From positions 2,116 to 66,115 of the forward strand of contig DAOUEQ010000036.1 of assembly GCA_034430395.1 (NCBI GenBank): DNA of 64,000 nt, in the 5' to 3' direction. The DNA comes from Anaerolineales bacterium (GTDB taxonomy: Bacteria > Chloroflexota > Anaerolineae > Anaerolineales > E44-bin32). Under the pieces are notes generated by a model that ran no database searches, was not told where the DNA came from, and saw only the letters and a program-made list of their open reading frames with translations. A program made the translations under genes and the position numbers. This document shows, in pieces, positions 53,718-61,392 of the stretch. Positions within the stretch are counted from its first letter, which is position 1, and the number at the start of each line of letters is the position of its first letter.

Positions 53718-55832
53718 TCAACGCTCTCGCAATCTCAAGAGCCACAAACCAACTCCATAGGCTCCGCCCGCGATCAAGATTAATTCAACGGCCAACATCC
53801 CTAGCCCAAAAGCATCCCATTGCACACTTGTATCAAGCGGTAGCCCGCTGTACTGCCGATACGATACGGCTGCCGGTAATCCGGTAAGGATTCCATCCAC
53901 CCTTTTCTCGGAGGCTTCAAAGTAAGGGCGCACAAGCGGTTCCGCTCCAGCGCTCAACACCATCACCAGAGGAGTATCCCCTATCCAGGGGTGGGTCTGT
54001 TCCGCCCAGGTACGTGCTGTATCTGTTCCTGCCGTTATCACGATGACCAGATTGAAATCCGATAGCTGCTGCACACCCTGGAGCAAAGGCGATCCCCAAA
54101 CTGATCCTTCAGAAAGTGACTCGGGAAGATGGTACCCGGATAAAACAACGTTGCGTGGGGCAATCGCAAATAGCTGAACCGCAGTCGGTCCTCCGGAGAG
54201 ATACCCCAGGTGCAGGTAGCTCTCACCATTTACCGCACCGTAATCGGCGCCAATTTGGTTTAGCAACCCCTCCGCCAGTGGTGGTCCCGTTGGGCGGGTC
54301 GAAACGGTTACGATTGGGAGTGAGCGCATTACCGCATGCTCAAGCAAAGCGCCGGCGACAGTATTAAGTTCACCGCTGTAACCGGGTGTGTAATCGAACA
54401 CAACCAGAGCTGGGCGGTCCGCAGGGATGCTGCCGACAAGGTTGAGTAGGTCGCTGAAGTCGGGCGAGACCGCGCTTGGGAGGGCATAACCTTCAACACC
54501 AAGCTGATTGAAACCAAAAGGCAGAATCACAGCGAGAAGCAGGATGAGAGCTATCGCCCAACGCATGAGAGGCAGCCTGCGTCGTTCTGCCTTCACAGGC
54601 GGGATCTCCTTCTCCTCTTCTTCGACAAGACGCTGTAATAGTTCGGCTTGCGCGTATTGACGTTCAGTAACATCCAGTCGAGCTGCTGCAGTGCTCGCTG
54701 TTCGCGGCATGGCGACAACTGGCTCGGCCATTAATACTCCGCGCAATCCAGCAAGCGGTCCCGCTGATTCAACCGGCTGCACTTCCACTGATTCGATCTC
54801 GACCTCTGAACGGAAAGTGTCAACTGGCCGCATAGCTTCAAGCCAGGATGGAAGTGTCGCCGGTGCCAGGTCAGCCGCATCGTCTTCCTCTTGGACCGCT
54901 TGCGGAGTCGATGGTTTCAGTTCCCCCAGCCAATCGGGAAGCTCGATTGAATCCATATCCAAACCAGTAATTTCGGTAAAGGCTTTCTCCTCAGTTTCTC
55001 CGTCGAGCAACGCGGGTACATGAGGGAGACCTTCCGCATCCAGCAATTCGCGCTCGTCGGGGGCAGGGAACCATTCCATCTCCTCCTCAGGAAGTATGGG
55101 TTCACCTACAGCGGGCTGGAAATCATCGTCGATACCCTCAGGTGAGGGCGCGATGTCACCCGCATCGTATGAGGGTATAGGTTTCTCTTGCACCATCTCG
55201 CCTTGAGGTGTCGGAGCGGGCACATCTGGCGGCGGACCAAGATCCAATGCTTGTGGCGCTGGTTGTTCTGTTAATTCCTCAACATCTGGAGAAGGCCTGA
55301 GATCTTCTACTCCGGTTGGCTGCTCAGTGGGCGCTTCATCCCGTAAGCGCGTGATCCAATCTTCATCCTCGCCTGCCCCGGGTTGGGCGTCCGTCTGAAC
55401 TTCCCTTCGAGCTCTAACCCGCGAAAGCCATTCCGGAACTTCTTCCTCCTCAGTAACATCATCGCCAGCGGCTAAGAAATCCTCCATCCAGTCGGGAATT
55501 TCTTCTGTAGGTGGCCCTTCATCGATACTCGAATCAGCCTCTCGCAGCCTTCCCAACCAGTCTGGTGCGGCCTCATCCGGTTCATCCGTCTCCGCTGCAT
55601 TATCTTCCGCTCCTGAGCCCATGATTGCCCCGGCGCGAATGTTCGCCAGCCAATCATCCCCATCGCTGGGCACATCTGATTCCGCAGGTTTAATCCCCTC
55701 CACACCAGATGCCTGTTGATCTGCAGGCGGCATACCAGAGACAAGCGGCGTCAGGCGCGCTTCACAATTGCTGCAGACTTCCGCAGTTTCTGGATTCATG
55801 GTGCTGCACATGGGGCAGCGGATTTCAGCCAT
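53718..55832 (-). CDS. Zinc-ribbon protein with seven acidic (P/D)(D/E/S)W(L/M/I) repeats, one TM helix and a large extracytoplasmic domain
   Basis: 704 aa with the N-terminus CPMCSTMNPETAEVCSNCEARL. The repeats are DDWLANIR, PDWLGRLR, PDWMEDFL, PEWLSRVR, EDWITRLR, PDWLGELK and PSWLEAMR. The TM segment is WAIALILLLAVILPF. Confidence 0.7.
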   Translation of the reverse strand: MAEIRCPMCSTMNPETAEVCSNCEARLTPLVSGMPPADQQASGVEGIKPAESDVPSDGDDWLANIRAGAIMGSGAEDNAAETDEPDEAAPDWLGRLREADSSIDEGPPTEEIPDWMEDFLAAGDDVTEEEEVPEWLSRVRARREVQTDAQPGAGEDEDWITRLRDEAPTEQPTGVEDLRPSPDVEELTEQPAPQALDLGPPPDVPAPTPQGEMVQEKPIPSYDAGDIAPSPEGIDDDFQPAVGEPILPEEEMEWFPAPDERELLDAEGLPHVPALLDGETEEKAFTEITGLDMDSIELPDWLGELKPSTPQAVQEEDDAADLAPATLPSWLEAMRPVDTFRSEVEIESVEVQPVESAGPLAGLRGVLMAEPVVAMPRTASTAAARLDVTERQYAQAELLQRLVEEEEKEIPPVKAERRRLPLMRWAIALILLLAVILPFGFNQLGVEGYALPSAVSPDFSDLLNLVGSIPADRPALVVFDYTPGYSGELNTVAGALLEHAVMRSLPIVTVSTRPTGPPLAEGLLNQIGADYGAVNGESYLHLGYLSGGPTAVQLFAIAPRNVVLSGYHLPESLSEGSVWGSPLLQGVQQLSDFNLVIVITAGTDTARTWAEQTHPWIGDTPLVMVLSAGAEPLVRPYFEASEKRVDGILTGLPAAVSYRQYSGLPLDTSVQWDAFGLGMLAVELILIAGGAYGVGLWLLRLRER

Positions 55833-55835
55833 GCA

Positions 55836-56498
55836 TTATTCCCCGTATGGCCGGTCAACGGCCAGTAAAACACGGAGGCCCGTCACAATGGATCCCAGGG
55901 CTACTCCAAGGAGGATGCCGCGGGCGCCTCCGGCAGCAGCCACCTGCACCAGCCAGTTTCTTAGACCAGCGAAGAAACCGAAGAACAGACTCTCCGTAGA
56001 TATTATGCCTGGTCCGGAACCGATCAACACGAGCAGCGCGGTTCCAACGAATACGAGACTTATGAGATCTCTTCGCTGCGCCACCAGGCGAAAACCAGCA
56101 AGCGACAACGTGATCGCCAGCAAGGCGCTCAGGCTTGTCTCAACAGGCAGCTGGATGGAGTTGAAGAGAAATAGGACCGCACGACTGTCGGGTCCGAAGA
56201 CCAGCCCTAGAATGAGTGTGACCACAAAGGTTACGATCAGTACCGCACTGTACTTCCATCCAGTTTCCTGCTTACTGATCTTTGTCCAGTGGACCAGAAA
56301 TAAATTATACAGACCGATTCCTAGAGAGACTGCCGCCAGCAGAACTGCCCAACGCATGATTAACAGGCGTAATTCAAAAATGTTTCGGACAAGTCCATCC
56401 GCGGGGATTTGATCGAGCTGGACGAAGTAACCCAACAGGACGATGATCCCGGTACCGACGGCCATCGCCGCCCATAATAAATAGGTTCCGATCTTCAA
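55836..56498 (-). CDS. Integral membrane protein (about 6 helices), unknown family
   Basis: 220 aa. A TTG start overlaps the upstream stop (TTGA). Confidence 0.55.
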   Translation of the reverse strand: MKIGTYLLWAAMAVGTGIIVLLGYFVQLDQIPADGLVRNIFELRLLIMRWAVLLAAVSLGIGLYNLFLVHWTKISKQETGWKYSAVLIVTFVVTLILGLVFGPDSRAVLFLFNSIQLPVETSLSALLAITLSLAGFRLVAQRRDLISLVFVGTALLVLIGSGPGIISTESLFFGFFAGLRNWLVQVAAAGGARGILLGVALGSIVTGLRVLLAVDRPYGE

Positions 56499-57244
56499 AA
56501 GCTCACTCCCAGAAGGCTTAGGACAGCACCGATAACGATCCCCGTAATAATGAGCATCCGGACAGCATCCTGCACTCTCAAACTAGCCCTGTGGACTCGG
56601 CCCACATTCAGGTACGCTCCGCCGGCAAAGATTTCCTCACCGATCAAGGGATGCTCAGCAGTCGCATAAAGCAGGGCTTGTGACTGTGCATCATCCGTCC
56701 CCGCTAAGACAAAAGACCCCTGGCGCTCGCCGAAATCGGCCGCCAATGCCCCTTCTGCCCCGAAGGAGCCTGCCAGAACGTGGACTGAGATATCCTCGCT
56801 AGCTAGAAGAATCGGCAAATTGGCAACATATGAAAAGGGTGTGGGTCCTAACATTCGCCCAGAGATGGGGCTATACCGGGACAAGGCTCTAGCCTCGGTA
56901 TACACCCTCCGCAAAGTATCCTGCGCAAGGATCGCCATCGCCCCATCCCCCGTAGTGGCGACAACAGGTTTATCACTCATCGTCGTCGTCTCAGCGATGC
57001 TCGTCAGAATGGCCAGCCCCGCCAGCGCAGGCGCGCTATCTGTCCCGATAACCGATCCTGTTCCTAGCGATAGGTGAACTCGCTCCCCAGCTTCGACCGC
57101 ACGCTCGATCACTCCCTTTAGAGCTTCATAGCCCCTGATGGGCCTGAACGTCGCAGGTCGCCGGCGATCGATGGTCACGAAGAACACCAGAAGACCGACG
57201 AACAACAGTAATATAAAGAGACCGATTTGATCCACTCCGCCCAT
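56495..57244 (-). CDS. Bitopic or two-anchor membrane protein with a soluble central domain, unknown family
   Basis: 249 aa with the N-terminal helix IGLFILLLFVGLLVFFV and the C-terminal helix MLIITGIVIGAVLSLLGV. The ATG overlaps the upstream stop (TAATG). Confidence 0.6.
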   Translation of the reverse strand: MGGVDQIGLFILLLFVGLLVFFVTIDRRRPATFRPIRGYEALKGVIERAVEAGERVHLSLGTGSVIGTDSAPALAGLAILTSIAETTTMSDKPVVATTGDGAMAILAQDTLRRVYTEARALSRYSPISGRMLGPTPFSYVANLPILLASEDISVHVLAGSFGAEGALAADFGERQGSFVLAGTDDAQSQALLYATAEHPLIGEEIFAGGAYLNVGRVHRASLRVQDAVRMLIITGIVIGAVLSLLGVSF

Positions 57245-57435
57245 TATGTATCATCCTTCTTCCTGAGCATCACAATCAGTTCCGAGACGGCATCCGGGTC
57301 TTCCAGTATTTTGCCAAATTCATTCCATGTTCCAGTGGGACCGCCCACGATGGGGTCGATTAAATAAGCCGCTTGAGCGCCCAATGGCAGGATCGGTCCG
57401 CCAGCATCGAGAAAGGCGGCAACAATGCCTCCCAT
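57244..57435 (-). CDS. Small protein (63 aa), first gene of the operon
   Basis: The sequence is MGGIVAAFLDAGGPILPLGAQAAYLIDPIVGG...LRKKDDT. The longer ORF-track version (to 57531) would run into the divergent promoter region. Confidence 0.45.
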   Translation of the reverse strand: MGGIVAAFLDAGGPILPLGAQAAYLIDPIVGGPTGTWNEFGKILEDPDAVSELIVMLRKKDDT

Positions 57436-57614
57436 ACCAGATCGACGAATTAATCGAGCTAGTCTTCGCTGCACCTTAAAAAACCCTCCATCGCCGCGCA
57501 GTATAGCATATCCAGCGCGCGCCGGATACAACCGTGCGCCCCAATACAGAGAGGGGAGAGAAGCCTTACTGGCCGATTGTAGACCGCGGTATTATGCGGG
57601 TCAAGCGGGCGAGA

Positions 57615-57658
57615 TTGCACGCGCTGGGTCTTAGACTATAATTACGAACAGTTGTTCG
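57615..57658 (+). promoter_or_regulatory. nurA promoter TTGCAC-16-TATAAT with a perfect LexA (Cheo) box CGAACAGTTGTTCG over the predicted transcription start
   Basis: The hexamers are at 57615-57620 and 57637-57642, the palindrome at 57645-57658 and the ATG at 57672. Confidence 0.7.
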
Positions 57659-57671
57659 AGAGACAAACACT

Positions 57672-58856
57672 ATGGGAATCCATCTACCATCCTTACTTCC
57701 ACAAATGCAAGAGCTCGGTCAATCCCTCTATGAGCGAAGCCTGCAGTTGTCCAAGATGGTCCCCAAAGCCATTGAAGCCCTGCATGTCACGGCCGATCTC
57801 GATCACTCCGATCTTCAATCCAGAATTATGAAGGCGGGAAATCGCTGGACTGGTGCAATTCCCACCGAAGAAGCGCTCGATCAGACGTTCCCGCCGCCTA
57901 AAGCCCCACAGAGTCTCCACGTGATCGGCGCCGATGGCTCACAGATATATCCGGATCGCCACGCATCAGCGTTCTATTATTTAATCAACATAGGCAGCAT
58001 CGTCGTCTCACGCGGCAACGGCGAAACTCCCACTATCCAGCAGGAATCTCGGCTCTTTTTTGAACTCGAAGACCTTTACGGCGAAGCTGATTATCCCATC
58101 CAGAATGCTTATGTTAATCTGCGGCGTGATGTCGCCGAGATGAAGATCCTCACAGAACGGGCTGAAACCCTGGCTGGCGAGAAGACTCTTGCCATTCTGG
58201 ACAACAGTCTTCTATTGTGGATGGCGCTGCAAACTGGCGGGTCAGCATCTCGGGAGACGGATCGTTACCTCCAGCAGTATCTAAAACTGCTCGATCGTTT
58301 GCACTCCTCGGAGACAGGCCTTGCAGGTTTCATCGACCGCCCGCGGAGTGTAAGCGTGCTTGCCTTGATCCACCTTGCTGGGTTACCAGGCGATCAGATT
58401 ACTCAGGATTCTGTACACCTGACACCCTTCCGCGGTCTAACTGATCGGGCAATTTTCACCCATTTGCTACCACCCGGTCATCGCAGCGCGATTTTCATCT
58501 CAGCGTCACCGTTAAATAGCGACTTCCGCACGGCCGGTCACGAAATCCATTTCTTCTATCTGAAGACTGCCGCTGATGACACGGTTGTGCGAGTCGAAAT
58601 CCCGATCTGGGTCGCACAAGACCCTGAGCTGCTCAATCGTGTTCATGCCGGTATTTTGCAGGATTGCCAGACGACAGGAGGGTTCCCCTATACATTGGTG
58701 CGAGCCCATGAATTGGCGGTTATCCCTCCGCAAGAGCGAGCTGCTTTCGATGATATGCTGCAACGCACGCTCATCGGACACGGTCTGCGCCCTTCACAAT
58801 CTCAAAAAGCACTCACAAAAGAGCTCACCGGAAAGCGGAAACACTATCGGTTATAA
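57672..58856 (+). CDS. nurA: NurA-domain 5'-3' nuclease
   Basis: 394 aa. The motif HVIGADGSQIYPD matches the N-terminal catalytic Asp (xDGS) of NurA. Gene order with a HerA-type ATPase supports the call. Confidence 0.7.
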   Translation: MGIHLPSLLPQMQELGQSLYERSLQLSKMVPKAIEALHVTADLDHSDLQSRIMKAGNRWTGAIPTEEALDQTFPPPKAPQSLHVIGADGSQIYPDRHASAFYYLINIGSIVVSRGNGETPTIQQESRLFFELEDLYGEADYPIQNAYVNLRRDVAEMKILTERAETLAGEKTLAILDNSLLLWMALQTGGSASRETDRYLQQYLKLLDRLHSSETGLAGFIDRPRSVSVLALIHLAGLPGDQITQDSVHLTPFRGLTDRAIFTHLLPPGHRSAIFISASPLNSDFRTAGHEIHFFYLKTAADDTVVRVEIPIWVAQDPELLNRVHAGILQDCQTTGGFPYTLVRAHELAVIPPQERAAFDDMLQRTLIGHGLRPSQSQKALTKELTGKRKHYRL

Positions 58857-58867
58857 CAGGAGGATTG

Positions 58868-59470
58868 ATGCCGGAATCGCCGATGATGATCGGACGCGTG
58901 ACACGCTGCAGCACACGTGGTTTCGTGGGCGCTATGCAGGTATCCGTGAAAGAGGTCCCCGTGTTCGGCTCTTTTTGCCAGGCGGAAGCTCAAAGCGGGC
59001 GCAGTCACGTTGTAGGGCTGGTGTATGACATCAGCATCACGGATGACCACTTCGCTCGGCAAATAGCTGCTCTCGAAGATGTTCCCCAAGAACAAATCGC
59101 GGATGGGCAGATCAACCGCCAGGTTCCCATTGAATTTAACGCTCTGGCCGTCGGCTTCCGCGATGATGCGGGATTTCACCAAGCCCTGCCCCCGCGCCCC
59201 CCTCTTACACTGGCCTCGGTCTTCAGCATGGCGCCCAAAGACACAGTTGATTTCACATCAGAGCTTCATTTTCTACAGACGATTCTGAACGCGCCTCAAC
59301 TCCCTGTCGACGAACTTCTAGCAACCACCTTGCGGTTGTCCGCGCAGATAAGGCCTGAGGGGGAACGCGAGCGGTTTCTACTTCAAGCTGGCCGCGAAAT
59401 CGCCCGCTTGCTCGCCCAAGACCTAACTCGGTTGGAGAACATCCTGCGTGGTCTGCGCTCAGAGGGATGA
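58868..59470 (+). CDS. Hypothetical 200-aa protein between nurA and herA (possible HAS-barrel-like N-terminus)
   Basis: AGGAGG lies 5 nt upstream of the ATG at 58868. The N-terminal MIGRVTRCSTRGFVGAM...HVVGLVYDISI resembles the N-terminal barrel pattern of the downstream HerA (LGIVLEGSLSTGLQVKL...IFFGIITDIAL). Confidence 0.6.
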   Translation: MPESPMMIGRVTRCSTRGFVGAMQVSVKEVPVFGSFCQAEAQSGRSHVVGLVYDISITDDHFARQIAALEDVPQEQIADGQINRQVPIEFNALAVGFRDDAGFHQALPPRPPLTLASVFSMAPKDTVDFTSELHFLQTILNAPQLPVDELLATTLRLSAQIRPEGERERFLLQAGREIARLLAQDLTRLENILRGLRSEG

Positions 59471-59525
59471 ACGATGGTTGACCGCTTACCCCCAACCAGT
59501 GATACTAAGCTCAAGAGGACAATAA

Positions 59526-61187
59526 ATGTCAGACTCATCTGAACTTGACGTTTTTTTCGGTTCCAAACGAGATGAACGCCCTCTGGGGATTGTCCTGGAG
59601 GGATCGCTTTCCACCGGCCTGCAGGTTAAATTAGACCCGCGATATGCAATCGAAAAACTCGCCGTAGGAAGATATGTCGTCATCCAGAGCCGAAAAACCG
59701 GCAGCATTTTCTTCGGGATCATCACCGATATCGCTCTCGGAGCGACCACGCCTGATCTGCTACATCATCCACCCGATGCCTCGGATCCATTCCTGCTCGA
59801 TGTGTATTCCGGCGGGGTGGCCTTCGCCACGCTGCACGTCAGCCCGATGTTAATGCTCGATGATGCGGACGATCAACCCCGCCCCATAAAGACGATTCCC
59901 TCACATTTCTCGGCCATCTATGAGGCAACGGCGCAGGATGTCGCCCGTGTATTCGGAGAGGAGGACGAGGCGCACTTCTTCATCGGAGCACCGCTGGATA
60001 TGGAGGCCGTTCAGGTCAACCTCGATCTAGAAAGGTTCGTTGAGCGCTCATCTGGAGTGTTTGGAAAGACGGGCACAGGAAAATCGTTCATCACACGCAC
60101 GATCCTCGCCGGCATCATACGCTCAGGCCTGGCATCGACGCTGATTTTCGACATGCATAACGATTACGGATGGTCGGTTATGGACGAGACCGGCCGAGAG
60201 TATAAAGGATTGAGGCAGCTCTTTCCAGATGGACGTGTTAGTGTGATCACACTTGATGAGACAACCTCGCGCGCCCGAGGTAGCAAGTTCGATGGGATCC
60301 TTACCATCGGTTATGAGGAGATCGAGCCTGAAGACATGGAAATGTTGGCATCCTTGCTCGGGTTGAGTGACATTCAAACCGGCGCGCTCTACTTCCTTTA
60401 CCAACGTTTAGGCAGGAAATGGATCTCGAAATTACTGGATGAACAGCACGAGGAAGAGATTCAGAATATGCTCGATAGCGGTCGCATTGTGGGAGGAACG
60501 CTGGGAGCGATCCGGCGCAAGCTCGAATCCTTCATCCCTCGCATGGGATTTCTCGTACCCGGTGAGGGGTCAAAGGTGGTCGATGATATCTTCCAACGAC
60601 TCAACATTGGAACGAGCGTTGTCCTTGAGTTCGGAAATTACGGAAACACTTTGGCCGCCTACGTGTTGGTCGCCAATTACCTCACCCGACGTATCCATGC
60701 AAGCTACGTCCATCGTAAAAACATTGCTGCCGGGAAGAAAGGCGAAGAGCCCCGCCCACTCGTGATCGTGATCGAGGAGGCGCATAAATTCCTCGACCCA
60801 AGCGTCGCCGGGCATACGATCTTCGGTAACATCGCCCGGGAGCTGCGTAAATACAACGTGACCTTGCTGATCGTCGATCAGCGGCCGAGCGGCATCGAAG
60901 ATGAGGTGATGAGCCAGATCGGGACTCGGGTGACCTGTTTGCTCGATAATGAAGCCGACATTCGGGCTGTTTTCTCGGGTGTAAGCGGAGCAAGCACTCT
61001 ACGCGAGGTGCTCGCCCGCCTTGACACCCGTCAACAGGCACTCATTCTGGGTCACGCCGTTCCTATGCCCGTAGTCGTCCGCACTCGAGATTACGATCAG
61101 CGTTTCTACGCTGCGATTGGCATGGACGAATCCGATGATGCCTCGGGGGCAAAGCCACCCGCAGAGGACAAACTTTTCCCGGATTGA
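59526..61187 (+). CDS. herA: HerA-like hexameric ATPase/translocase (DUF87 type)
   Basis: 553 aa with an N-terminal barrel, Walker A GVFGKTGTGKSF, Walker B LVIVIEEAHKFL and the later LLIVDQRPS. Confidence 0.8.
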   Translation: MSDSSELDVFFGSKRDERPLGIVLEGSLSTGLQVKLDPRYAIEKLAVGRYVVIQSRKTGSIFFGIITDIALGATTPDLLHHPPDASDPFLLDVYSGGVAFATLHVSPMLMLDDADDQPRPIKTIPSHFSAIYEATAQDVARVFGEEDEAHFFIGAPLDMEAVQVNLDLERFVERSSGVFGKTGTGKSFITRTILAGIIRSGLASTLIFDMHNDYGWSVMDETGREYKGLRQLFPDGRVSVITLDETTSRARGSKFDGILTIGYEEIEPEDMEMLASLLGLSDIQTGALYFLYQRLGRKWISKLLDEQHEEEIQNMLDSGRIVGGTLGAIRRKLESFIPRMGFLVPGEGSKVVDDIFQRLNIGTSVVLEFGNYGNTLAAYVLVANYLTRRIHASYVHRKNIAAGKKGEEPRPLVIVIEEAHKFLDPSVAGHTIFGNIARELRKYNVTLLIVDQRPSGIEDEVMSQIGTRVTCLLDNEADIRAVFSGVSGASTLREVLARLDTRQQALILGHAVPMPVVVRTRDYDQRFYAAIGMDESDDASGAKPPAEDKLFPD

Positions 61188-61356
61188 CCCCTTAGTTATT
61201 TTTCCACCGAATGAATCCTCACAAGAAGTATCACTTCGATTTCTCGGTCGCCGTTTCACGGCTCACTCGAAATTACATTGATTGAGAAGACCTGGTTTAA
61301 AGCATAGCCCGGAGATCCACAAAAGATCCGACCGAACCCCGCTTATCACCTGTTCA

Positions 61357-61385
61357 TTGTATTAACAGAACATTTGTGCTATTCT
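61357..61385 (+). promoter_or_regulatory. Promoter TTGTAT-17-TATTCT with a LexA-like box GAACATTTGTGC in the spacer; the ATG lies 7 nt after the -10 (leaderless)
   Basis: The -35 is at 61357-61362, the box at 61368-61379, the -10 at 61380-61385 and the ATG at 61393. The architecture matches the lexA promoter. Confidence 0.55.
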
Positions 61386-61392
61386 GTATACA

